Positions 39,579 through 50,028 of a stretch of DNA of 64,000 nucleotides are shown here, in pieces. Under the pieces are notes generated by a model, which saw nothing but the letters and a program-made list of their open reading frames with translations, was not told where the DNA came from and did no database searches. Each line of letters starts with the position of its first letter. Position 1 is the stretch's first letter. The position numbers and the translations under genes were made by a program. Source of the DNA: a phage; NCBI GenBank assembly GCA_024571205.1, contig GCA_024571205.1_4523.1. One strand, given 5' to 3'.

Positions 39579-39872
39579 ATGAAATCTATGCTTCGCTTTA
39601 ATGGTCAAGAACTAGTAGTTGAAGATGCTATCCCAGCGGATGATGTTTTTAACGAAGCTGTGATTGACGAATTGAATCGAGTATTCCCAGGTGCATTCCA
39701 TATTGCTATGGAACCTCTTAAAAACTTTCGTGACCCTGAACACACTGATCAAATTTTTATCGGTGTACTGACAGGTCATTTAGAAACAGAGGTACCAATG
39801 GTCGTATTAGTTAAATACTCTAAAGATGATACTCCATTCCGAGCACCAGCATTTCTTTCATTCCGTAAATAA
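39579..39872 (+). CDS. hypothetical protein
   Basis: 97 aa from ATG 39579 after early promoter 39520-39549 and SD gagg; terminator at 39882-39904. Confidence 0.5.
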   Translation: MKSMLRFNGQELVVEDAIPADDVFNEAVIDELNRVFPGAFHIAMEPLKNFRDPEHTDQIFIGVLTGHLETEVPMVVLVKYSKDDTPFRAPAFLSFRK

Positions 39873-39881
39873 ACCCCTAAA

Positions 39882-39904
39882 GGGAGACAACGTCTCCCTT
39901 TTTC
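39882..39904 (+). terminator. rho-independent terminator between the alt block and gene 54
   Basis: GGGAGAC-AAC-GTCTCCC hairpin followed by TTTTTC; sits between convergent transcription units. Confidence 0.6.
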
Positions 39905-40867
39905 TTATAGACCTAAAACTCTTGATGTAGAATTCACCATACCTGTCATTGTGTTTATATTAGACACACCTCCAGCAGTCCCACCTAATCTAGAAAGTCT
40001 TGATACTGCACTTCCTAGCCCAGAATCATTTTGATTATTCCCAAACATTCCTGAAACACTACTAATAAGTCCTGATTCCAGCCATTCTAAAGCGGCCTGT
40101 CTATTTACAGCACCTGATTGCATAACGCGATAAGCAAATGTTACGTCAAAAACTGTTATCTGATTATCACCATCATACGTTAACTCAGGAGAAGAGACAC
40201 TAACAGGAATACATCCAGTGAACATGACGGCGGTATGTGGTAAACCATTTCGTGCATGTAAATTAACCTGAATATCTGCTTCGACGTCTTGTGGTAAAGC
40301 ACGAAGACCTGTTACAGGGTCTTGGACTGAGTTTACCCAGTCTTGCATTGCTCTAAAGTTAGATGCTTCGGAATCCATTCTAAAGCTTATTACTAACGGG
40401 TCCATTTCACGGCCGGTAATTCGGATGTTCGGGGAGTTATAGTTGAAATCTGTTTCATACGATAATCGGTTCTCAGGCATTTTTACAGAATAAATCATTA
40501 AACCTGTATTATTATATGCCATATTGAAGAAGTCTATCAGATAAGCTCCTACCGTGAACTCACCTAACAAGCTTTGTACCGTACGTTGGCTCATTGCTCC
40601 AATCAGATATTTACTTATACCCGATTTTCGAATTAATTTCTGTGTTCCTGCTGTAATCAGGGTTGTTACGCCCTGATTGATATCACCTTGAGTCAATCCT
40701 AACCAATCAGAATCCAACCCTAAGTTATTATAAGCAAAACTACCAATTGTCGAAATTAGTGAAGACGATTTGGTCGACGGTGTGGTAGCAAATACACAAC
40801 TAAACATATTGTTTCGTTGGAAATCTGCATTTATAGCTTGGTTATTAAATTCTTCTAAAGAGTACAT
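39905..40867 (-). CDS. 54: gp54 baseplate tail tube initiator
   Basis: 320 aa, T4 gp54 length and order (54-48-29). Confidence 0.88.
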   Translation of the reverse strand: MYSLEEFNNQAINADFQRNNMFSCVFATTPSTKSSSLISTIGSFAYNNLGLDSDWLGLTQGDINQGVTTLITAGTQKLIRKSGISKYLIGAMSQRTVQSLLGEFTVGAYLIDFFNMAYNNTGLMIYSVKMPENRLSYETDFNYNSPNIRITGREMDPLVISFRMDSEASNFRAMQDWVNSVQDPVTGLRALPQDVEADIQVNLHARNGLPHTAVMFTGCIPVSVSSPELTYDGDNQITVFDVTFAYRVMQSGAVNRQAALEWLESGLISSVSGMFGNNQNDSGLGSAVSRLSRLGGTAGGVSNINTMTGMVNSTSRVLGL

Positions 40868-41976
40868 TAGAAAGTCCCCGCATAAAGTGAAGAACGGTTT
40901 AATGTAATAATTTCTCGCATTGTTATCTCTAACGTAAATGTTGACGGTAAGTTAGGAGCAACAGCAAGACCATTAAATTGCCCATTTGGAGTTTTATCAA
41001 AACGTACGCTTTGAATTTGGCATGGACCAAATACGTCAGTTAATCCGTCAAATTTAGATGTATAACCAAAGTTTTTAACCATCCAAATCGTAGGGTTGCT
41101 TACAACTAATACATTTGTTAATGACGCAGTAATCTTTTCAAATAATGTCTTATTTTTTACAGCATCGTCTGGTGTCATAGGCTCAATAAACGTTGAACGA
41201 TACCATTCGTCTAAATAACTTTTAATCTCTTGGGCATATTGTGATTTACCGGTCTCACCATAAGAGAAATAGTTAAAATACTGGTAAATGTTTATAATAG
41301 CCATAAGGTCTTCAGTCGAACGTGGAGTTAAATCCCATGTAAAGACTTTAGTACGGTTCTCAGCACCGCCATACATACTACGAGAAGTCGTATAAATCTG
41401 TTCGTTATTATCAGCCATAAGCCCTTGAGTAATAGAATCTAATGCACCAAAGACTGCAGTAGAAGCAATGTTACTTAAAACACCCGTAGCAGTACCTCCA
41501 CCTTTAGTAATAAGGCTATCACCGATATCATTAAAACGATGTGAAGTTGTATCAACGTCAGATTTGGAACGTGGCAAAAGTATATTAGCAACAGGAGTTT
41601 TATTTATAGTAGATTTATTAGCTCCGGCAGGAAGCAATCCGCTTGAGAATTTAGTCACTGCATCTTTCACGTTATCAGTTAAATCTGATAAGATACCATT
41701 AGATGAAGTCCTGGCATACGCCGGACGTAAATTTCTTAGGGATCCTGAATCGCGTGCAGACATATTGTACGCGGTAAATAATAATCCGTTCTTATAAAGG
41801 TCTGTTACCTGGAAGTCTCCTGTGGAGTCATTTCCGGCTGCTCTTCCTGTAGGAAATTGAGCAACATAAGTTTTAGTAGTTGTTTCGGTTTTGGTGCTTT
41901 GCCCAGCACTTTCTGAGACTGGGATTGCTTTATTTAAATCCTTTGCATCTACTACTATTTCTTTTACACTAATCAT
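40867..41976 (-). CDS. 48: gp48 baseplate tail tube cap
   Basis: 369 aa, order and length as T4 gp48. Confidence 0.88.
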   Translation of the reverse strand: MISVKEIVVDAKDLNKAIPVSESAGQSTKTETTTKTYVAQFPTGRAAGNDSTGDFQVTDLYKNGLLFTAYNMSARDSGSLRNLRPAYARTSSNGILSDLTDNVKDAVTKFSSGLLPAGANKSTINKTPVANILLPRSKSDVDTTSHRFNDIGDSLITKGGGTATGVLSNIASTAVFGALDSITQGLMADNNEQIYTTSRSMYGGAENRTKVFTWDLTPRSTEDLMAIINIYQYFNYFSYGETGKSQYAQEIKSYLDEWYRSTFIEPMTPDDAVKNKTLFEKITASLTNVLVVSNPTIWMVKNFGYTSKFDGLTDVFGPCQIQSVRFDKTPNGQFNGLAVAPNLPSTFTLEITMREIITLNRSSLYAGTF

Positions 41977-41984
41977 AATAATCC

Positions 41985-43757
41985 TTAATTAACACCGGTG
42001 GCATGGAAAATTCCAGGAGCCGTTGTACTTGTTACAGGGGTCATATTCTGGACTACGGTATTCTTTTTGACGACATTATTTGTGTTACTAATCGCCGCTA
42101 CCGGTTGCTGTTGTTTAGATTCAGAAGCACGTCCTTTCTCTATTGACTGAACTTGTTTTGCTTCCGGAGATTTAGTCGAAGATTCAGGCTTAACTGTTGT
42201 CTGAGCCTTTTTGGCTTCAGCCATTTTATTATTTAGCTTTTCAAATCTAGCATCTATTTCCTTTTTAACAACAGGAGTTTTATTAAGTTCAGGGTCTTTA
42301 ATAAGTTTACTTAAATCAGCATAAGACTTCTCGACGTTTTTAGCATTTTCCGGATTAGTCATATCGATTTTATCGATATAATCCTCAAATCTAACCAGTG
42401 CAGCACGAGTTTCATTCGCTTTTATGTACGCCTCTTTACGTTCCTCTTCAGGTAACTCTTTTAATTTTGCTGATTCCGCAGCGCGCTCATCACTTGTACT
42501 AAACTCTTCTTTATTGTCATTACCACGAACCCAGTTAGTAACGAATGTTTTGCCGCGTTGTAACATATCAAGACCTTTAGAAACGGTTCCTAATTCCCCA
42601 TCGTCACGCTTCATTTGATATTTAGCGACTTTCTCTTGGTCTTCTTTCTTTAATTTGTTCCCAGTAGTTTCTTGGAATCCTTCCAAAGCACGTCCTTCTA
42701 TTTCGTCCGCGGTATCACCAAAACCTATAGCACGCAATATAGACGCGGAGAGTTTAGCCATTCCTAATTGAATTAGTTCACCTAAGTTCATTAATGCTGT
42801 TCCTACACCTTTGACAATAGCAACGGTTAAACCGCCCCAGTCTCCAGCTTCCCACAATTGTTTTATCGAGTCAATAGAAGTGAATATATCACTTAAGAAT
42901 TTACCCCACTCTTTAGCTTCGTCGGAGAATTTAGTAAAGTTTTCATCAAATAAATCCCAGGCAGAAGTGAACTTGTCTGTCCAATATTTGAAATGGACTA
43001 TCAATAAATCAATACCGATAACAATACCAAGAATAAGTGCGGCCATTTTTGCTGCTTCAATAGCAGCCGTTATAGTGTATTTGAAAAGCATTCCAGCAAT
43101 TCTGTCTGAAATTGATATTGATTTATTAAACCCGGTTTGAACTGTTTTAGTGAGCATTGCAATTTTATCGCTCAATTTAAAGCTAATACCGCCTTTAGAA
43201 TCGGAAGTAGAATTAGCACTTTCTTGAACCGGGACCGGGAAGAAATCTTCGTCTGGCTTATTATCAATCTTTTCAGGTGTAGGTAATGCTTTAAACAACT
43301 CATCAGAAGTTTCATTCTCAACCACTTTAACAGGTATCGCGTTCTCAATTACTTCAAGAGAGGTGCCTCCTGTATTTTGAATAGCGGTAGATGCTTGTAA
43401 TTTTTGCTCTAACAATGTAGCTAATCGGTCTAACTTAGAGCTTATTGCACTAGAAACTTCGTTTATACTTTTAGAGACTTCAGTTTGTTTTTCAATAACT
43501 TCTGCGATAAGCTCTGTGCCTTCAGCAGTATTATCTGTCGAATTCTTTAAGTCTCCAATTGATTCAATAATTCCATTGCCTTTATCTTCTACACTTTGTG
43601 ATGTGAGTTCAGACGCGGCTTGGACATCGTCTAGTTTTGATGAAATGTCATTCAATGCTTCTAATGAATCGGTAGCTGCTGTTGCAGCTACTTTTTGTGG
43701 TTTATTATCGGCAATGACCTTATTTCTACGCATGGATTTCATTTCTTCAGGTTTCAT
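41985..43757 (-). CDS. 29: gp29 baseplate hub subunit / tail length tape measure
   Basis: 590 aa, same length as T4 gp29, extended alpha-helical composition. Confidence 0.88.
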   Translation of the reverse strand: MKPEEMKSMRRNKVIADNKPQKVAATAATDSLEALNDISSKLDDVQAASELTSQSVEDKGNGIIESIGDLKNSTDNTAEGTELIAEVIEKQTEVSKSINEVSSAISSKLDRLATLLEQKLQASTAIQNTGGTSLEVIENAIPVKVVENETSDELFKALPTPEKIDNKPDEDFFPVPVQESANSTSDSKGGISFKLSDKIAMLTKTVQTGFNKSISISDRIAGMLFKYTITAAIEAAKMAALILGIVIGIDLLIVHFKYWTDKFTSAWDLFDENFTKFSDEAKEWGKFLSDIFTSIDSIKQLWEAGDWGGLTVAIVKGVGTALMNLGELIQLGMAKLSASILRAIGFGDTADEIEGRALEGFQETTGNKLKKEDQEKVAKYQMKRDDGELGTVSKGLDMLQRGKTFVTNWVRGNDNKEEFSTSDERAAESAKLKELPEEERKEAYIKANETRAALVRFEDYIDKIDMTNPENAKNVEKSYADLSKLIKDPELNKTPVVKKEIDARFEKLNNKMAEAKKAQTTVKPESSTKSPEAKQVQSIEKGRASESKQQQPVAAISNTNNVVKKNTVVQNMTPVTSTTAPGIFHATGVN

Positions 43758-44287
43758 TCAAGCAATCCAATAATTTCTGCTATACCCTTAATAGGGCCAT
43801 TAGGGCCTGGAATAGCAATGGTTGTCGAAAGGTCTTCTGCCCATTTGATTACAAAAGCAGGCATCTCAAGGAAAGAAATTTCTTTCTCTTCGTCATTAAC
43901 TTTTATTAAGCAATTTGATAACATTTCACTGATTGTAGCGAATTGTTCAAATTTGCCTGGAGGTCTAAAATAAAAAGTATTGCCTTGGAATTGGAATTCT
44001 GTTCGTTGGCATACATAGACGTCATCTAGTTTATATGTGAATCCGTCTTTTTCAACTTCAGACTTAAGTTTGTTATTAAATTCCAATATATGTAGACATG
44101 CAAAATCAAAATCAGCAGGACTCATATTTTTACAAATAGAATCAGCTAAGATTTTCATGTTTTCATCAGGACCTTTAACATCCTTTAAAAGATTATAATG
44201 TTTGAGCCCTAATTTGGGAATCATTACCTTTTTATTAGACTGTGGTAGAATTATTTTCTTTAGAGGTAGAATCAGATTTAAGTTCAT
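43754..44287 (-). CDS. 28: gp28 baseplate distal hub subunit
   Basis: 177 aa, T4 gp28 length, between 27 and 29. Confidence 0.82.
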   Translation of the reverse strand: MNLNLILPLKKIILPQSNKKVMIPKLGLKHYNLLKDVKGPDENMKILADSICKNMSPADFDFACLHILEFNNKLKSEVEKDGFTYKLDDVYVCQRTEFQFQGNTFYFRPPGKFEQFATISEMLSNCLIKVNDEEKEISFLEMPAFVIKWAEDLSTTIAIPGPNGPIKGIAEIIGLLE

Positions 44288-45407
44288 TTTTAACCTTAAC
44301 TGGGTTAACAGGTTCTAACACCATTGAGTTGGTAAACATGTACAGATGAGTTTGTGAGTTGTTATTTGATAACTCATGAATAACTTCATCCACGTAAAAT
44401 TCGGATTTGAATTGGTTCTTTTGGTCAACAAATATAATTTTAGTAGCAGGCGTTATGTTAAAATTACCTGTAGTAGTGCATTTAGCATAACCGTCGTATT
44501 GAGCCATTGTCTGAAGACGACTTGCTTCTTCAAATCCGTTACGATAGGTCATTTCGGAATATCCGCCGGATCTTGACACAAGAATAGCATTATCGCCGTC
44601 GCCAGTAACAATAACTGGAATAGATGTATCTAAAAATGAATGGGCGAATATTGTGGCGTTTTTAATAGGGTCTCTTGTAAATTGGTTGGCTTTAGTCATC
44701 CAGGTAAAATCCCATACTAATGGATACTCAAGCTCTTGAATATACTGACCTACAGTATTTGGCTCACCTACAATCATCTTAATGCCTTCTTGACCAATAA
44801 GAGTATCGTAGTCAATCATGTTTACGCCTAAAATATCTTGCCATACGAATACGAACTTATCACTCGCTGTAGCAAGTCCTAATTCTCTGACATATGCCAA
44901 ATAATCATCAAATGTGCTTGTCCAAGGAATATCAGGAACATAAGCATTAATAGTGTTTATTGGCGGAGTAATTAACGTACGGTCTTTATATATGACACCT
45001 AACATTTCACGTATAGATTCGCCTGCGTCCGGGAAGAACGGACGCCCAAATTTAAGGTTCTCTATAGAATGTATTGTTCCAAGCTCAATTGCAATAATAT
45101 TGTCACCTTTTGAGTCCACAGACACAGAATAATGTCTACATCCGTAAATTCGAGTTCTAACTTGGAGAGGTGTGTTTGAATTTGAAACAGAGATTTGGAC
45201 TATCTGCCTACCATCCATTTTAGTGTGGATGTTTTTAGTGTCATAAAATTGAAGAATCCCTTCATTTCTTCCATATAGCGAATCTCGCATGGTTAAAGTT
45301 GTTATTGTTGCAGCGAGTTCAACGTATCTATTTTCTTGCCAAGCCGAATAATCTTGATATAATTTAACGCTTAAGTTAGGATATCCTGGACGTTGGAATA
45401 CTGTCAT
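44235..45407 (-). CDS. 27: gp27 baseplate hub subunit
   Basis: 390 aa, [50 protein letters not shown] matches T4 gp27. Confidence 0.9.
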   Translation of the reverse strand: MTVFQRPGYPNLSVKLYQDYSAWQENRYVELAATITTLTMRDSLYGRNEGILQFYDTKNIHTKMDGRQIVQISVSNSNTPLQVRTRIYGCRHYSVSVDSKGDNIIAIELGTIHSIENLKFGRPFFPDAGESIREMLGVIYKDRTLITPPINTINAYVPDIPWTSTFDDYLAYVRELGLATASDKFVFVWQDILGVNMIDYDTLIGQEGIKMIVGEPNTVGQYIQELEYPLVWDFTWMTKANQFTRDPIKNATIFAHSFLDTSIPVIVTGDGDNAILVSRSGGYSEMTYRNGFEEASRLQTMAQYDGYAKCTTTGNFNITPATKIIFVDQKNQFKSEFYVDEVIHELSNNNSQTHLYMFTNSMVLEPVNPVKVKNELKSDSTSKENNSTTV

Positions 45408-46156
45408 TTTTTATGGTCCTTTTCTACTAATGTTAAAGCAATACCACGTTCAACAGGAATCATTTGCATAATAGAATCCAATGTGTATTGACTCTTTACT
45501 AGTGAATGGTTTATCTGATAGAATGTAAAAATCTCATCAGGGTTAACTAACAATTTAAAAACCTCTAAGATATCAGTATATGTTTTAACATGGCGTTCAC
45601 AACAACCTAATCTAAGGGTCAAATTAATAGGGTTCATAGAAGCAATAACCTTCTCGAGAGAGTCAATGTCTATTGCTTCTATTACTTGGATTTGGTTCTC
45701 TTCAGTCAAATCATTCCATGGGTACCATTCATCATTATAATATATTTCTTTTATGTTTTCACTTATCATTAATGCTTTATTGTCATAAAACTTTTCAGGG
45801 AAAGAAAAACGTATTTTTATACCAGCAACATCAAGTTCAGGTTCGACTAGTTCTTTTTGATATATCTCAAATGGTGCAGTTTTTTCTTTAGAGCATTTAG
45901 GGCAAGTGAAAATAACGGGAACTTTTGTTTTGCCTATAGAGCCTGCAAAAACTTGCAGGAATATAAATGGTTGCCATGTTTTAGGGTACTCGCCAAAATA
46001 ATCATCAATCAGATCGGCAATTATTTCTTTTTGTTCTTGTGGCGAACGATGTTCGATATCATTTCTAACTAGTAAAAAGTCTCTATAATCCGCCACGGTG
46101 AACGGCTTGAAACGATGAACACCATCCGGTAATTTACAACGAATTATATTAGCCAT
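45404..46156 (-). CDS. 51: gp51 baseplate hub assembly catalyst
   Basis: 250 aa, T4 gp51 length and position; divergent from gene 26. Confidence 0.85.
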   Translation of the reverse strand: MANIIRCKLPDGVHRFKPFTVADYRDFLLVRNDIEHRSPQEQKEIIADLIDDYFGEYPKTWQPFIFLQVFAGSIGKTKVPVIFTCPKCSKEKTAPFEIYQKELVEPELDVAGIKIRFSFPEKFYDNKALMISENIKEIYYNDEWYPWNDLTEENQIQVIEAIDIDSLEKVIASMNPINLTLRLGCCERHVKTYTDILEVFKLLVNPDEIFTFYQINHSLVKSQYTLDSIMQMIPVERGIALTLVEKDHKK

Positions 46157-46173
46157 AATTACTCCTTTTCTAT

Positions 46174-46181
46174 TATTTATA
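46174..46181 (-). promoter_or_regulatory. late promoter for gene 51
   Basis: TATAAATA on the minus strand; overlaps the plus-strand late promoter for gene 26. Confidence 0.45.
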
Positions 46182-46185
46182 AATA
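46178..46185 (+). promoter_or_regulatory. late promoter for gene 26
   Basis: TATAAATA on the plus strand, 19 nt upstream of the gp26 ATG. Confidence 0.45.
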
Positions 46186-46203
46186 CACAATAAAGGAGTT
46201 AAC

Positions 46204-46830
46204 ATGTACAAATATACGTTTACCGTACGTTTAGGCGATAAAGAAGTGAATTGTAGAGCCTTTACTTTAAAAGAATATTTAGGACTCATAGGTGCGCGGG
46301 CTACCGGTACTATTGAATCAGCAGTGAACAATATTATCACTAATTGCTCTAATGCTAAAAACTTGACTAAACAAGAAGCCGAGCTATTGTTGGTAAATCT
46401 GTGGGCACATTCATTAGGTGAAGTGAATCAAGAACACACCTGGAATTGTTCCTGTGGGCATTCATTTCAAGTCTATATGAATTTATTGCACACTCAATTA
46501 GATGAACAGGCGGATCCCTGGTATTCGTTCAGTGGTATTAAAATTAAGTTCCGTCAACCTAAATTATTTGATGATAAAAATATCGCATTAATGATTGCTT
46601 CATGTATTGAGGCTGTTTTTGTCAATGGAGAGTCCATCCCTGTTGAAGATTTAACTGAAGCAGAAATAAACGACCTTTACGGCCTTATAACAGAAGATGA
46701 CATGATTAATATTAAAAATCTTTTGGTATCATCGTCAATTTATCTGGCAACCCCTATTAAATGTCCCAAATGTGGGGCGTCACACGTTCACACAATACGA
46801 GGCCTCAAAGAATTCTTTGAGTTACTATAA
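46204..46830 (+). CDS. 26: gp26 baseplate hub subunit
   Basis: 208 aa, T4 gp26 length and position. Confidence 0.85.
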   Translation: MYKYTFTVRLGDKEVNCRAFTLKEYLGLIGARATGTIESAVNNIITNCSNAKNLTKQEAELLLVNLWAHSLGEVNQEHTWNCSCGHSFQVYMNLLHTQLDEQADPWYSFSGIKIKFRQPKLFDDKNIALMIASCIEAVFVNGESIPVEDLTEAEINDLYGLITEDDMINIKNLLVSSSIYLATPIKCPKCGASHVHTIRGLKEFFELL

Positions 46831-47228
46831 TGTCTAATATCAATAAACTTTATTCAGATATCGACCCAGAAATGCGTATGGATTGGAACAAGGACGTTGC
46901 TCGTTCTGTAGGACTTCGTTCTATTAAAAATAGTCTTCTTGGTATAGTGACAACTAGAAAAGGCTCACGCCCCTTCGACCCTGAATTTGGATGCGATTTG
47001 GTTGATGAACTTTTCGAGAACATGACACCACTTACAGCCGATACGATTGAGCGTAATATCCAGGCAGCTGTTCGTAACTATGAGCCACGCATCGACAAAC
47101 TTTCTGTAAGTGTAACGCCAGTATATGATGACTATACAGTTATAGTAGAGATTAGATTTTCGGTCGTAGACAACCCTGATGATATCGAACAAATCAAACT
47201 TCAGTTAGCGTCAAGCAATAGAGTGTAA
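46830..47228 (+). CDS. 25: gp25 baseplate wedge subunit
   Basis: 132 aa, MSNINKLYSDIDPEMRMDWNKDVARSVGLRSIKNSLLGIVTTRKGSRPFDPEFG matches T4 gp25. Confidence 0.9.
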   Translation: MSNINKLYSDIDPEMRMDWNKDVARSVGLRSIKNSLLGIVTTRKGSRPFDPEFGCDLVDELFENMTPLTADTIERNIQAAVRNYEPRIDKLSVSVTPVYDDYTVIVEIRFSVVDNPDDIEQIKLQLASSNRV

Positions 47229-47253
47229 TGCTTCAAGGCAACCTATGTATAAT
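47229..47253 (+). promoter_or_regulatory. MotA-dependent middle promoter for uvsY
   Basis: MotA box TGCTTCA (47229-47235), 12-nt spacer, TATAAT (47248-47253); uvsY is a classic MotA-dependent middle gene in T4. Confidence 0.55.
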
Positions 47254-47308
47254 GGTTTTAGGTCCTTCCGATACAGCCGGGAGATTATTAGTTAAAAGAG
47301 AGAACATT

Positions 47309-47722
47309 ATGAAGCTGGAAGATTTACAGGAAGAGTTAGACGCAGACTTAGCTATTGATACGACAAAGTTGCAATATGAGACGGCGAATAATGTTAAGTT
47401 ATACAGCAAATGGCTACGTAAGCACTCATTTATTCGTAAAGAAATGTTGCGTATAGAGACTCAGAAGAAAACTGCTCTAAAAGCAAGATTAGACTACTAC
47501 TCGGGACGAGGTGATGGTGATGAATTCAGTATGGACCGATATGAGAAATCTGAAATGAAAACTGTCCTGGCTGCAGATAAAGATGTGCTTAAAATAGAGA
47601 CTACTTTACAATACTGGGGAATTTTACTTGAGTTCTGTAGTGGTGCACTTGATGCAGTCAAGTCTCGTAGTTTTGCACTTAAACATATTCAAGATATGCG
47701 AGAATTTGAAGCGGGGCAATAA
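47309..47722 (+). CDS. uvsY: UvsY recombination mediator
   Basis: 137 aa from ATG 47309 (MKLEDLQEELDADLAIDTTKLQYE...). The track ORF start at 47228 overlaps a MotA-box middle promoter (47229-47253). Confidence 0.88.
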   Translation: MKLEDLQEELDADLAIDTTKLQYETANNVKLYSKWLRKHSFIRKEMLRIETQKKTALKARLDYYSGRGDGDEFSMDRYEKSEMKTVLAADKDVLKIETTLQYWGILLEFCSGALDAVKSRSFALKHIQDMREFEAGQ

Positions 47723-47946
47723 TGCGTTATTCAATTGAAGATGCCTTTAATAATGATGAAGAATTTGAAACTGAAATTAAATTCTTAATGGAAAAGTATC
47801 GTCTACGACGTCAGGATATTCGTATCCTGGCAGACCATCCTTGTGGCGAAGACGTCCTTTATATTAAAGGGAAGTTTGCTGGGTATATCGACGAGTATTT
47901 TTATACAAAAGATATGGGTATCGATATGTGCATGCGAGTGGTATAA
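47722..47946 (+). CDS. hypothetical protein (uvsY.-1 position)
   Basis: 74 aa ORF coupled to uvsY. Confidence 0.5.
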   Translation: MRYSIEDAFNNDEEFETEIKFLMEKYRLRRQDIRILADHPCGEDVLYIKGKFAGYIDEYFYTKDMGIDMCMRVV

Positions 47947-47978
47947 ATAGATATGTAATTTCAACTTAGGAGGCAATC

Positions 47979-48146
47979 ATGTCAGATAAGATTTGTGTTG
48001 TCTGTAAAACTCCAATCGATTCTGCATTGGTTGTTGAAACAGACAAAGGTCCAGCACATCCTGGTCCTTGTTATAATTATGTACAACAATTGCCGGTTTC
48101 AGAAAGTTCAGAAGAGCAATTGAACGAAACCCAACTTTTACTATAG
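47979..48146 (+). CDS. small hypothetical protein (55 aa), below the ORF-track cut-off
   Basis: Hand translation MSDKICVVCKTPIDSALVVETDKGPAHPGPCYNYVQQLPVSESSEEQLNETQLLL with strong SD aggagg; terminator at 48173-48202. Confidence 0.4.
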   Translation: MSDKICVVCKTPIDSALVVETDKGPAHPGPCYNYVQQLPVSESSEEQLNETQLLL

Positions 48147-48172
48147 TGTTACCTTTTTTGCCTATGGTTTTT

Positions 48173-48202
48173 GGCCCTTCCAAAAAGGTCGGGCCTTTTT
48201 TT
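48173..48202 (+). terminator. rho-independent terminator after the uvsY block
   Basis: GGCCC...GGGCC hairpin followed by a run of 7 T; convergent with uvsW.1. Confidence 0.55.
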
Positions 48203-48204
48203 AA

Positions 48205-48438
48205 TTAGAAGTCTTCTTCCACATCCTCATCATCGTCGCCTTCAAGTTCGGCACGCTTACCTGCTAAGGCATCCCTGACAGAAATATCATCTGTATCTTT
48301 TAATTCCGTTTCTTTTATACGTTTCTTATAATAAGCTTCCAATTCTTCAAGCCCTTCTAGGGTATGACAACTAGCAATTTTACCCATGAATTCGTCAATA
48401 GATGCTTCGTATAAAAATTGTTTAAATTCAAGTACCAT
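48205..48438 (-). CDS. UvsW.1-like small acidic protein
   Basis: 77 aa with acidic C-terminus (DDDEDVEEDF), immediately downstream of uvsW on the same strand. Confidence 0.7.
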   Translation of the reverse strand: MVLEFKQFLYEASIDEFMGKIASCHTLEGLEELEAYYKKRIKETELKDTDDISVRDALAGKRAELEGDDDEDVEEDF

Positions 48439-48463
48439 TTTTATCTCCTAAGGGCCGAAGCCC

Positions 48464-49978
48464 TTATAAATTAATTGTTTTCATTACATAGTTAAATTTC
48501 TCATCAGCGTAACGCTGGATACGATCAATACCGTGTTTTAACAAGTAATTAAGATGAGTATACTTCTTTTTAGTATTTAATGATTTAGGTTTTACACCTG
48601 CGTCATCGATGAGATCCCAAACTGTAGCAACAGCTTTAGAACCATGCTTACGAAGCACACGACCTACTGTTTGAAGTACGATAATTTTTGATTTAACACC
48701 ATGGGCAAAAATAACATGATGAAGATTCTTGACTGAAATACCGGTAGAGAATACTCCATATGATGCGACAATAATAATGCCTTTACCATTTTCTGCCATG
48801 ACTTTAAGCGCGTTACGTGTTTCAGTATCAACTTCACCTGATACGTAATAAACTTTTTCGTATCCAAGCTCTTTAATAGCTTCAAATATTTCTTTACCGT
48901 GTGTAACATGTTTAAACATTACAAAGGCGTTCTCGTCTTTCTTGGCTAATTTGACTGAAAGTTGAGCAATCCACTTTGTACGACGTTTTAGTCCGGTAAT
49001 AATTTTAACTTCTTCTTGGTATGTTTTACCTTTTAATTTGGTGGCGAATTCGTCTGGATAACGAAGGAAAATACTATTAATCTTAAGCTCAGTTACCTGT
49101 CCGTCTTCCATTAATTTAGACGTGCTAACAGGACGGAAGATTTCGCCGAACATACCTACGTACTGCATTACATTGGCTTTTCCGTCTCTTAATGAGCCAG
49201 ATAAACCGAATTTAAACATGCAATTATTTAATCCTGAGATGATTGAAGAAATACTTTTGCCTGTTGCTAAGTGGCATTCATCGTTCATCATCATACCGAA
49301 CTGAGAGAACCATTCTTTAGGCTGCTTAACTACCGTTTGCCATGTGCCAACAATAATTGGAGCGTCGTTTTTAGCTCTGTCTGCTTTATCAGCACCACCG
49401 CCAATTTTCTTAATCATCGAATGACTAAACAAGCGATAATCAACAAAATCATTAGCCATCTGGGTTGTCAATGCTGTTGTAGGGACGATAATGAGAATTT
49501 TACCTTCATAGTTCTCTAGATAATACCGAGATAAAAGTGCTTGGATTAGTGATTTACCTGCTGATGTCGGAAGGTTTAAAATTCGACGACGATTAACTAG
49601 TCCTTCATATACTGCATCTTTTTGATACCAATGTGGTTCGATTTTGGCGTTGCCCGAATAAATTTCTTGTTTAGAAAGCCACGCGTCAAAATCTTCCCTG
49701 GTAAGGTCTTCAGTCTCAAAGATTTTAGGGTCAATCCATATAGAATAACTCATATTGTTACAGAACTTTTTTATTTGTCCTACAAGACCATATGGTAACA
49801 AACGATTGTAATCTAAAAGTCGAATTCTACCATCCCATTGCCCATAGCGATATTTTGGGTTAAATTTATACCCGTCGGCTTCAAAGCTAAAAAAGTCACG
49901 AAGTTCGTAAAACGTACTTTCGTCGCATTCAATGCGAACGTGACTAAAATCATAAAAATGTACTTTAATGTCAGTCAT
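48464..49978 (-). CDS. uvsW: UvsW DNA/RNA helicase
   Basis: 504 aa, MTDIKVHFYDFSHVRIECDESTFYELRDFFSFEADGYKFNP..., Walker A region PTSAGKS and DECH box MMMNDECH; matches T4 UvsW. Confidence 0.93.
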   Translation of the reverse strand: MTDIKVHFYDFSHVRIECDESTFYELRDFFSFEADGYKFNPKYRYGQWDGRIRLLDYNRLLPYGLVGQIKKFCNNMSYSIWIDPKIFETEDLTREDFDAWLSKQEIYSGNAKIEPHWYQKDAVYEGLVNRRRILNLPTSAGKSLIQALLSRYYLENYEGKILIIVPTTALTTQMANDFVDYRLFSHSMIKKIGGGADKADRAKNDAPIIVGTWQTVVKQPKEWFSQFGMMMNDECHLATGKSISSIISGLNNCMFKFGLSGSLRDGKANVMQYVGMFGEIFRPVSTSKLMEDGQVTELKINSIFLRYPDEFATKLKGKTYQEEVKIITGLKRRTKWIAQLSVKLAKKDENAFVMFKHVTHGKEIFEAIKELGYEKVYYVSGEVDTETRNALKVMAENGKGIIIVASYGVFSTGISVKNLHHVIFAHGVKSKIIVLQTVGRVLRKHGSKAVATVWDLIDDAGVKPKSLNTKKKYTHLNYLLKHGIDRIQRYADEKFNYVMKTINL

Positions 49979-50007
49979 GTCAAATTACCATGTAATAAAT
50001 ATAGTTA

Positions 50008-50015
50008 TATTTATA
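50008..50015 (-). promoter_or_regulatory. late promoter for uvsW
   Basis: TATAAATA on the minus strand, 30 nt upstream of the uvsW start. Confidence 0.45.
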
Positions 50016-50028
50016 ATGAGGAAATACT

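Noticed and set aside
47977-48183. Minus-strand 68-aa ORF in the uvsY-uvsW.1 intergenic region
   Set aside because: It overlaps a plus-strand 55-aa ORF with a strong SD and runs through the terminator hairpin; the plus-strand reading is preferred.
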